A stretch of 63,102 nucleotides of DNA, filler included, from Collodictyon triciliatum (lineage: Eukaryota): assembly GCA_043381765.1 (NCBI GenBank). It is 11 parts of 11 records of this genome, joined end to end, with 100 filler letters (N's around TTAATTAATTAA, not from the genome) between each part and the next. Parts side by side here need not be neighbours in the genome. Positions count along the whole stretch, not along the records: positions 23,387 to 29,128 come from JBHJMP010004983.1; positions 29,229 to 34,971 come from JBHJMP010004984.1; positions 35,072 to 40,812 come from JBHJMP010004985.1; 8 more parts are not named here. One strand, 5' to 3'. This document shows positions 24,754 to 35,548 of this stretch, in pieces (the stretch's first letter is position 1; every line of letters starts with the position of its first letter). Made by a program: the position numbers and the translations under genes. The notes below the pieces were generated by a model that searched no databases, was not told the origin of the DNA, and saw only the letters and a list, made by a program, of their open reading frames with translations.

Positions 24754-27644
24754 CTATAATAAATAAACTGTACCACTATATTCACTTTCTTGATGAAGCG
24801 GAGTCTGACGAGCCTTAATTTCAGCTAATCTTGGGGCCTTTTCGGGGTCTCTGAAGCAAAAATTTTCTATCTCTTCCCATTTTGAAATCCTTTGCTCTGC
24901 ATTAGAGCGGGCTCTGATTTATTTATTTAAAAAAAGAGATTGTTTTAGATTCTTTCCCCAACAGAGGAATCTTGACTTTTTCATTATTTGGAGATGTAAA
25001 AATTTGAGTCCACATAGATTAGCTTTACCTCAGCCTCCAATCTTCATACTCCCCATGACATTTCCGAAAAAACGCCTCATCAATGCTTGCGTAGAAGGCA
25101 AGAACATGCGACGAATAGCCTCTTATGTAGCTATTTTTTTGTGAGGACACTATTGACTTTTTTTCAAATAAACAATAATCCCTTACAGGAGCTAACAGCT
25201 AGTTTGGATAAGAATAAATAATAAAAAAAAATAATCATACTCATCCCAATGAGTTCTAATATTGCTCATCAACGGCGCGAATATTTTAGGCAGTACAACG
25301 GATCGATAGTCAGCAGTTATTTTTAAAAACTTTTCGTCATTCCAAAGAAACAATGCCTTTTCTGCAACCTTTAATATAATATACGATCCATAGTAGGGTT
25401 AGTATCGAATTAGTCCCAATACACGTTAAATGATTTTTTTTTTATATTTGCAAAGTTTTTTTTTTAAAAAAATCTCGTTTTCACTAACCAAGTGGTTTTT
25501 ACTAGAAATAGATTTTGCTACTTTAGTGATTAACCGAGATATGAGCTGGGAGATGGACTGGTAATCAATTTTTACTAAAGTCTGATAAGAAACATCAGTG
25601 ATTTTTATTCATAATTTTTTTCCTTTATTCGACTCAAAGTGTAGCGAGGTTATGCATTTTTATTCATAATTTTAATGGGATAACATTTGACAGTGACTTA
25701 CACATTGAATTATCTCAAGAAACTTTAGCTCCTTGACACTGTTTGCGACTGGCCAGTATCTCACAATCGCCGTTAGCAGCTATGTGAATATAGATTCAGT
25801 CATTAAAATAACGCTTTATCATTAAAATTTTGTGACCTATATACCATACCTTAATGGACAAGACCTTATATTTACCGACAAAGAGTTCAAGGCAATTGTT
25901 GAGATAATAGCAATACGAAACATATTGCTTCGGCTTGAGTAATAATAGCAAAATTTCTTCAAAGAATTTTACGTGCTCTTGTTTAAGCGGTAAAGAAAGT
26001 CCATCTATAATACTAAAAATCATCGATAGGATAAATTAAGTAATATACCACAAAATGGCGCTGTAAATTTTTACAGTTAGCATATAATATGAAATTACAT
26101 ACTTGCCAAGTATCTCTAACATATCACAAATTCCATAGTTTATATCGGTCTCGTAAACAAATTTAGAAATAGAATCACCGATAGCCTTTCTCAAGAGACC
26201 TCTCGTGGTAGATACCTGTTGTTTTTTCTTGATATTAACTCTACTGGCAACCTCAATAGCGAATGTTTTAAATTATTCACCTTACTATACAGATTGCGAA
26301 TCACAGACTTGACGTAATGTCGCTCTCTAGGGTCAGGACTTTCGAATAAATTAACAAACTAAAAAGAAAAAACTACTGTTTAACGGATATCAGTAATGCT
26401 AAAATCATCATTATAGTATTTTCTAATCGTAATATAAATTGAATTCGCCTCTACTATAAGTCACTTGTCACGCACTCGATGAAGTGATATGGAGAAGCAA
26501 AGGAAGTGCAAACAGCTCATAAAAAATAAAAAAAAAATACAGTGAACCAATAACCTGAGAGATAAAGATTTCGTCAAATTGTTTCTTGGAAATCTCAGAG
26601 TCAAAATGAGGAGAGCCCATAAAAACAAGGAGCAATTCATACACTAACTGAAATATTAGGGTATTGTCAATTAAGTTAAAGACAAATTTTAAATGGAATA
26701 TATTTACTGATATATGGGACCAGGCAGGATCGAGTGTTGCAGGCTCATCGAGCAGCTCATACGTCTCAGATTGTATTGTGGGACCATTAGAAAATGACCG
26801 AAATAAATTTGCTGATACCTTGCAATAAGAATATGTACTTCATTAATATTTATCAAGTTGTGTTACAATATATCTAGATATGATTCGTATAAACTTGCCA
26901 TTTGAATGAGATTGATGTAAACAGATTCTGGAAAAGGAGAGCGATGTTCTGGTATGAAAGAAATGAGTTCTTGCAGAGTTTGTGACTTTATTTCTTTGGA
27001 AAGAACGTCTGCTTTAGTGTCGTTCATATCAAAAACGAGGCAGCATTGACGCAATTTTTTTTGTAAAAGCGAAGTTCGATCAATCGCAAGAACATCTGTG
27101 TATTGATTTTTCTTTTAAGAAAACAGCATCATGTAATTTACAAGATGATAACACATACCACAAAATGGAGGAAGCCTCTCAATCTTTGATAAGTGTGGCA
27201 ATTGTTTTGGTGGGGGCATGCAAGTTCTCCTGTAATAGCCAGATGTGGTGAGGCATTTTGATGTGCTCTGAGTACCGCTGTCATAAATCACGGGTGGTGT
27301 ACATATTGGAGTCGGAATAGGGATGCCAGAGTTATCTGATGATGGTGTTTGCGCAAGGGAATCTACTGGTGGTAGGTGGACCTTTCCCCAAAGGGGTTGC
27401 TACGACAATAAAAGACAAGTATGAAGTATCGCCATTTTATGGAGAGACATGGCTCAAATTTGGAGTTTAGATTCTTTCAATTGTTTCAGTAAATCCCTTT
27501 TACAAACAGATATACTATGGAAACCTGTTTTTGCTCTGCTGTAGACCTCGAAAGCCCTATTTGAAAAGAACTCGAGCCGTTCGGGGAGCGTTGGATGGAT
27601 GGTAACAATGTGTTGCGTGAAGTGGATTTCGTGAGAGAAGGCAT
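24754..27644 (-). CDS. Protein phosphatase 2A regulatory subunit B' (B56) family, divergent, about 13 exons
   Basis: Spliced motifs KKLRQCCLVFD, MVSANLFR, DPAWSHI, LFESPDPRER, LEILGNIIDGLSLPLKQEH, RYWPVANSVKE, VAEKALFLWN and THW; stop at 24754-24756; start codon uncertain. Confidence 0.9.
25601..25673 (-). mobile_element. 37-bp LINE 3'-end micro-insertion with 18-bp TSD, in a B56 intron
   Basis: ATTTTTATTCATAATTTT at 25601-25618 and 25656-25673. Insert positions 25623-25655 match 53712-53744 at 31 of 33 nt. Confidence 0.85.
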
Positions 27645-28924
27645 CACTGTAACCGGCCGAATCCGTTCCTCTGGTGTCTGGGTGATGTGTAATTGCAAGA
27701 TATAGTCACTATGAATGAGCAGAGAAATTCAAACGCTAACAAGAAATCAATAGAAGAATTGTCAATAGCATATAGCTTGTCTCATTATATTTTAGCAGAT
27801 TTTTATTGGACAGTTTTTTCTTCAATACATATTGGTATTTTTATTTAAAATAAAACTTGAAAACCTTGCCATGCGACCCATTCAGAGACCTGTTGCCTTC
27901 AGCCTTGGATACTTTCTTAGCGGTGCTGCCTTTCAGAACCATTCCTGTCTTTTCAATGGCTAATCGTGACTTGTAATTCAGTACATGCCTTAATTTATGC
28001 ATACAATCTTATAATTTTTGTTTTTCTTTCGCAAAATGATATCTAGTTAAACTTTTGTAAAGGACAGTATTGAACCATTCCTGGCAGCAGGAATCATGTT
28101 GATGAGTTTGCTTCTGTCTCCACTCCCTTTTGTTTATTAGATTTATCAAATGGCTCTGAATGCACTCGAGTTTTGCTGAAATCATGTCCATGGTGGAATT
28201 GATTGCTTTGAGGCTTGGTATCTCATCCGCGTGAGCGATCTTTGTTTCGATCGGTCTCATATATATACCGTTGCTTTTGGATTTCTGCCGGTTTGGATTG
28301 CGGAGTTTTTCATCAGACACACTCACTCATTCCAAGTTCGGTAGATACATCATGCAATACTGAAAAAAAAAATAATGAAAAATCACGAAGGAAGAGAGAA
28401 GAAGTAGAAAAGTTTGGTAAGAAAGACAGGTCCGCTTTTAACAAAATGTGATGGTGCTCCTGACGTATTTATGAGCGGCCAGTGATGTCGAAAGGCGTCA
28501 TCACAGGTCAGTTTGGTCAAAGAGGGAGCCATTTATGAGTCCTGTTCATGTTATCTTCTGTCATGAGGTGCTGTCCAGTGCTATAACTGCCTTATTTGAA
28601 GAGCGTACCCTCGCTTGAATAAGATGATAATGACATCCGGTGTGTTGTAACTGCGTCATACATTATTCGTTTGCGCGACCGCACATATTCCTGAATAAGG
28701 TTATTCAAAGGCTCATATATGATTTTGTCATTTTAAGATATCTTGGATTCTATAAAATTAAGTCGGAGTGGATAGAAGGGTCTTTGTTGAGTCCGTGTGT
28801 GGCAGTGAAGTTGATATGTTATAATTTCCAAATATTGTGTGCATATATGGAATTTATATGAATATTAAACTACTTGTGGCAGTTTGGCGAGCCAAAATAG
28901 ATCTAATGAATCTGCACGTGATGC

Positions 28925-29128
28925 AAAAAACAACACAAAAAAACAACACAAAAAAACAACACAAAAAAACAACACAAAAAAACAACACAAAAAAACAACA
29001 CAAAAAAACAACAAAAAAACAACACAAAAACAACACAAAAAAACAACACAAAAAAACAACACAAAAAAACAACACAAAAAAACAACATAAAACAACATAA
29101 AACAACATAAAACAACATAAAACAACAT
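28925..29128. repeat. A-rich (AAAAAAACAACAC)n / (AAAACAACAT)n repeat at the scaffold edge
   Basis: Read directly. Confidence 0.9.
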
Positions 29129-29940
29129 NNNNNNNNNNNNNNNNNNNNNNNNNNNNNNNNNNNNNNNNNNNNTTAATTAATTAANNNNNNNNNNNNNNNN
29201 NNNNNNNNNNNNNNNNNNNNNNNNNNNNAAAGCCAAAACTCCCGACCTTGGTTGAGAGAGACACCAGGGAGTGGAAGCTTATAGCCATAGGTTTTGCAAG
29301 CAAGAGGGAGAAATCCCTTCGACAACCCCACTGAAAAGACCCTAATACGGTCTGGAAGGAGGTGAGTCAACCATGCAGAGAAGTCCTCTTTGCACTCGAC
29401 CTAGTGCTTATCAAACGAACCTCACTTCTCTTTTCACTATCCCTTTCGACACCTTGCGCCAACAAAGCAGTATTTCCCCCTCCTCCATCCAATCAATATC
29501 ACCCGTCCCTTTTTTTTTCTTTCTCATACTCGCGGGACACTATCACGCGTCCCCAAAAGAAATCCATGCGTCTCTTATCAAGCCTCAAGGACACCTCTTT
29601 TCCCTTTTTTTTCTTTTTTTAATATACCTGATTTTATTTTTCTATCTCTCACACATCCCCACCTACTTTGGAACTACTTGCCTGATGGTTGAATGAAAGA
29701 TTGTTGAGGCGGGCTCAACAGCTAAGATTATTAGAGAATACCCAATACCCAAGAACAAAACAAAATTACCAAAACCGACCAAACGACACGTCAAAAAAAA
29801 AAAACTAAACGGACGGACTCACGAATCGGCGCCATGTTCCCCACGCGTCCGCCCTCTTGTTGGGTTTGGAAGGACGCTGGCTTTCCGCTGAGAAGGTTGG
29901 ATTATGTAGAACCAGGAGTCGTCTTTTATTTCGAAGAGCC

Positions 29941-32790
29941 ATGCCGACAGTCTTGGTCACGGGCGCAGCGGGCTATGTTGGTTCTCATGTCGCTGCTGAT
30001 CTGCTTGCACATGGCTTTCGTGTGATCGGCACAGGTTAACCGCCTACGACCATTGCTCGGTTTTCTTTTTCCTACAACATCTTTGTTATGTGAATCTTTT
30101 CCTGGATCCTTTCATTTCTTTTCATCATTGTGTTTTTAATTCGTTTCTATATAGTTTTGTTTTTGTTATAATTATGTGGAATATTAGCAAAAGCGTCTTC
30201 ATTCATTCTATATTTTTTTCTTCTTCCCATAGTTCGCAGTCTCTCCGATGAGAAGAAGGTTGGGCATTTAAAAAGCTTGAGAAATGCAAACAGCCACTTG
30301 CAGCTGGTAGAGGCTGATTTGATGGAGCAAGGAAGCTTCACTCCATACGTCAAAGGTTTCATAATGATTTGTATTCATCTTTATAAATTTTATATTACGC
30401 AACAAGAGCGATGCATCTATATGTGCAAACGTAGGAATCTTTGTAGATATATTTAAATCATATTTAGCATCGCAGACACTGAAGTTTGTTTCTACTACAA
30501 ACAGATTGTGACTTCGTTTGCCACACTGCAAGTCCGTTTCGCATCAGCGGCGTGAAAGACCCGATGGTTTATATAGCATCAGATTTCATATATCAAACTG
30601 TCCACCTTTTAATAAAAAAAAAAATTCATCGGAAAAAGAATATGAGGGTTTATTAATGGTCAAGATTATGATATAATGAAAATGCGCTGATACGATCTTT
30701 CCATCTGCAGAAAACAATTGTAGAACCTGCTGTTGAGGGCACACGGAACGTCTTAAAATCAGTAGCCTTACACGGTTTGTTTTATCCCTTTCATTTTTTC
30801 TCTTTTGTATACTGATTTTTGGAGGCCATTCATGACGAGATCCGTTTTCTTCAGGCCGAAATATGTTTTTGCAGACAAAGGAAAATCACCATGAGTCATG
30901 GTTCTATAACCCAATTTTTTTTTGTGGAATATGCAATGACTGACCGACAAGTGTTGCTCTTGTTCAAGGCTCTCGGGTCAAAGTTGTGGTTGTTACGAGC
31001 AGTGTTGCTGCGGTCATGAAGCTGGGACGAGGAAACGAACTAGAGAAAGAATGGGACGAAGCTGACTGGAATTCAGACTCTACGCTCGAGAGTATGCATA
31101 GCAGTGTTTTTTTCATTTCCTGTGCGGGGCTTTACAATTTCGAAATAAATTTTTCTTTATATCTTAAAATATTCCTTTGAATTATTTCCATCAAGACGGA
31201 GCATATTTCTACAGCAAAGTTCTGGCAGAGAGGGAAGCATGGAAACTCAGTAAAGGGAAAACGTGAGAGCTGAACACATACTTGCGTATCAAATTATTTA
31301 GACCAACCCTCATGATATGCCAAATGAATCAACCCACATTCGCATCGGTGATATTGACAGTTTTTTTTTGACTTTTCTTGCTGACAACTTCTTAGATTCA
31401 AGCTCGTCACTATCAATCCAAACTTTGTTCTCGGCCCGACACTGTCATCCAGAGTGGATAGCACTAGGTTATCTTTTTTATCTTTTTAAATAAAATATTT
31501 CATACAAATATAGTTTCTACCTACATTTAGAAAGCGTCCATCCCGTTCATTTATTTAACACGAGAATTCAATATTTGAAAATATCATCTTTATTTCTTTA
31601 TCTTTATCTTTATTTTTATCTTTATTTTTATCTTTATTTTTATCTTTATTTTTATCTTTATTTTTATCTTTATTTTTATCTTTATTTTTATCTTTATTTT
31701 TATCTTTATCTTTATCTTTATCTTTATCTTTATCTTTATCTTTATCTTTATCTTTATCTTTATCTTTATTCATTCCCTCTCTCCCTTTCTTTCACTTTCT
31801 CTCTTAGTGTCTCGATGCTCATAGCCTTGCTTAGTGGGCGTTTCCAAAAGGGAGTTCCTGTTCGCGGTATTTTTTTATTTAATTATTATTCACTTTTATT
31901 TCAAGCCAAAGTATTTTAGTCAATACACCATCGGACAACATCACCTTTCATTCAAGATGATTCAACCTCCCCATATATACCCTGTTAATCTGCTGTATAT
32001 GATTGTTTCCAGTGTAGGCTTCTATTCTATTATTATTATTATTTTTTAATAATATAATCGATAAATCATTCTGCATATGCCAATCAGGACGCGGAGGAAT
32101 TGTCGATGTGCGTGATGTGGCCACTGCACACCGTTTGGCTTTACTGAACCCGCTGGCAAACGGACGGTGAGTCGACTTTGACATTGCGATGTAACGAGAT
32201 GCGTTGTTTATATATTCTTTCCAGTGGGACATAATATTATTCTAGTTCTTTTAGTAGCTTCGAATAAAAATAAGAATAAAAAAAAAGGGCGGGTATTGCT
32301 GTAATATTACTAAATGTTACATGCAATCATTATCAATTTGTGACCATGCGCGATACATGTTCCAACCTGAGCGGTTTCTTTTTCCCTTTTTCTTTCATCA
32401 TTGCATAAAGATATATCCTCAGCGCCCCGTCGCCCATGAACTATCTGGACATGGCTAACATCCTTCGTGAAAGATATCCCGACCGGGGACTTCCGACAAA
32501 AATGACACCAGGTGAGTCTGATAGATTCACAAGCAAATGAGAAACCATTATGGGCAGAGTCAGCGATAATGGCGCTGCAATAACTCACGCCGTGAATAAT
32601 TGACGTGATAACGATTTCAATCGCATGGGGCATAGAGGACGCAGAGGACTTCGATATCCGGGTGAACGGCTCCAAAGTCGTGCGTGAGCTGGGACTAAAG
32701 TACACAGACGCAAGAGACACGCTTCTGGACATGGCTGAGTCGCTGGTTCGGATGAAACTGCTTCCGCAGGCTGCTCAGGCTCGGCTTTAG
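29941..32790 (+). CDS. Extended SDR, cinnamoyl-CoA/dihydroflavonol reductase-like NAD(P)-dependent oxidoreductase; complete, 11 exons
   Basis: VLVTGAAGYVGSH, HTASPF, PAVEGTRNVL, VVTSSVAA, YFYSK (YxxxK), INPNFVLGP and VDVRDVA; ten GT-AG introns all preserve frame; ends QARL-stop. Confidence 0.92.
31585..31770. repeat. Intronic (TCTTTA/TTTTTA)n microsatellite
   Basis: Read directly; lies in intron 7 of the reductase. Confidence 0.9.
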
Positions 32791-33939
32791 TCCCCCAGCT
32801 TAACACGTGTCCGGGTCGGTTGTTATGGATGGTCAGGAATGGCGGCGCTATAAAGTGGAACAACCGACTTGAATGNNNNNNNNNNNNNNNNNNNNNNNNN
32901 NNNNNNNNNNNNNNNNNNNNNNNNNNNNNNNNNNNNNNNNNNNNNNNNNNNNNNNNNNNNNNNNNNNNNNNNNNNNNNNNNNNNNNNNNNNNNNNNNNNN
33001 NNNNNNNNNNNNNNNNNNNNNNNNNNNNNNNNNNNNNNNNNNNNNNNNNNNNNNNNNNNNNNNNNNNNNNNNNNNNNNNNNNNNNNNNNNNNNNNNNNNN
33101 NNNNNNNNNNNNNNNNNNNNNNNNNNNNNNNNNNNNNNNNNNNNNNNNNNNNNNNNNNNNNNNNNNNNNNNNNNNNNNNNNNNNNNNNNNNNNNNNNNNN
33201 NNNNNNNNNNNNNNNNNNNNNNNNNNNNNNNNNNNNNNNNNNNNNNNNNNNNNNNNNNNNNNNNNNNNNNNNNNNNNNNNNNNNNNNNNNGCGAGGATGT
33301 ATCCACATTGAGCGAACCAACCTTTGAAGAAAAGAATAAAGGGGGAGCATCGACAAGATAATAAAGTCTAGAAACCCAGACCCATTACCCGGTGCAGATA
33401 TTATTGCATATAAGAAAAAGAAAGACTAAAGATTGATGTTTCTTCGACAACGAACCTAGAGAGATGCACGAATAACTGTCGCAAAATTTTGATATATGAC
33501 GCGCAGAGACAATTAGAGAAACAAAATAAAGAAGTGAGGAGAGCCTTAGTCAGTAAATCATGGGATTGGGATATCTCAAGTGAATATGCTAAAGGAATAC
33601 GAAATAAGAGATAATACAAACAACAAATGTACATTATTTTTTCGTTTTATTCAGTTAGTAAAAAAAAAAAGGAATTTCAACAAACAGAAATGTCCAGATA
33701 GCCTTTGAATCCCTAAATCACTGTTGATTGTCTGTATGTTTTCTTCGATTGACAATCACACAATCCATGACAGTCCTCTAGATTTTGCGACTCGATTCCG
33801 AAAACTTGTCCCCGAGCTCGATATCCCTGGAAAGGAGCGTACACGAATGCACATTCAGAATAGAATAAGAAATTACATATACAAACATAGCAAAAAGCGG
33901 AATAATGAATATTTCGATTAGAAAGGCAGAAAAAGAACG

Positions 33940-34808
33940 TCACGTTGAGGAATCGAGTGGCTGATGGAATACCACAGACTTCATGAGAGGGCGGCTGGCG
34001 TCGTCCTCGGGCTGGGTAGACTTTTTGACGGGGGCCTGCTTGGGCTGCGGGCGAGTGGCCCACGAGTACATGCCACCGCCAATGAGGCTGATAATGAGGC
34101 CGACGATGCTGCCAACAGAGAGCTTGTCATTGAAGATGTATGCAGAGAGGACAATGACGGGGATCTTGTTGATGTTGTTGAGGGTGATCCAGGTGGTTGC
34201 AGAGAAGACCGTTTGAGCCCAGAAGCCGGAAGCACTGATTGCAAAGGCCATTCCGCAGCTGAGGACAACCCAGAAGGACTCGGCTTTGAAAAGGCGGCCG
34301 TCATCGTCGACCTTGAAGAGCATGTCTGTAAGGGCCGCCCAGTCTTCGCCGAGATAGAGCGAAACGAGCAGGAAAATCGGGGTGGATGAGACGTTGTTGA
34401 GATAGACCATTTCCATGGACGTGTACTTGATGGCCTCCGTCACCCATTTGACGTAGAGCGAGTATCCGCACATGGCTGCGATGTTGAGGAACGTCCAAAA
34501 GTATCCGACCGGATGGTATTCGATGTCCCAGTTTGCATATGCGAAGGCTCCGATGATAATCACAACCATGGCCCCCCATGTCTCGCGCGTAATCACCTTC
34601 TTGAGAAGCGCAATCTCGCCCAGTGCAACGGCCAGCGAGTTGATGTTGCGGAACACAATCACGGTCGGGATGGACACGTAGTACAGGGAGCGGAGGCTGC
34701 TGAAGAGCATGGTCATAAACAGGACCATGGCGGGAACGAAGGCGGCAAACTTGGCCTTGGTGATGCTGTCTGCTTGCTGAGGTTGGGCAGGGCTCTGGTT
34801 TTGGTTCT
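33940..34808 (-). CDS. Nucleotide-sugar transporter, GDP-mannose transporter (VRG4/GONST/SLC35D)-like, last exon, 5' truncated
   Basis: SLYYVSIPTVIVFRN, GYFW, EMVYLNN and SATTWITLNNINKIP motifs; multiple TM helices; TTCTCTCAG acceptor. Confidence 0.85.
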
Positions 34809-34840
34809 GAGAGAAAATAATACGTTTCAATTTTTAATTT

Positions 34841-34971
34841 GTTTTTATTCCGTTTTTTTATTCCGTTTTTTTATTCCGTTTTTTTATTCCGTTTTTTTAT
34901 TCCGTTTTTTTATTCCGTTTTTTTATTCCGTTTTTTTATTCCGTTTTTTTATTCCGTTTTTTTATTCCGTT
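34841..34971. repeat. 13-bp (TTTTTTTATTCCG)n tandem repeat at the scaffold edge
   Basis: About 10 copies read directly. Confidence 0.9.
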
Positions 34972-35548
34972 NNNNNNNNNNNNNNNNNNNNNNNNNNNNN
35001 NNNNNNNNNNNNNNNTTAATTAATTAANNNNNNNNNNNNNNNNNNNNNNNNNNNNNNNNNNNNNNNNNNNNAAAAAAGAAAAGAAAAAAAAGAACAAAGA
35101 AAAGAAAAAGGAAAGAAAAAGGAAAGAAAAAAAGAAAAGAGAAAAAAGAAAAAAAAGAAGAAAAAGAAGAAAAAGAAGAAAAAGAAGAAAAAGAAGAAAA
35201 AGAAAGAAAAGAAAAAAGAAAGAAAAGAAAAAAGAGAAAAAAGAAAAAAGAAAAAAAGAGAAAAGAAAAAGAAAAGAAAAGAAAAAAAGAAAAAAAGAAA
35301 AAAAGAAAAAAAGAAAAAAAGAAAAAAGAAAAAAAAAAGAAAAAGTAAAAAGAAAAAGAAAAAGAAAAAAGGATTCAACAGATCGATCAGCTATGCTTTC
35401 ATTTTTTATGGTTTTATTCTGATTTCATGGAGCGTCCTTGTGGAAAAAAGCGAAGGTCTTCTTGAAAAAACCCCAGAGAATCTTCCATCTAAAATGAATA
35501 TAGTTAACGAACATATATTAACATGCATTTACTATATTACTTACCTTG

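Noticed and set aside
24621-25240. Further tailed insertions near 24630-24720 and 25174-25236
   Set aside because: They have A-tails, but the flanking repeats are short or degenerate and cannot be separated from chance in AT-rich DNA.
28009-28326. 105-aa ORF upstream of B56 as a gene or uORF
   Set aside because: No recognisable motif and no supportable splice link.
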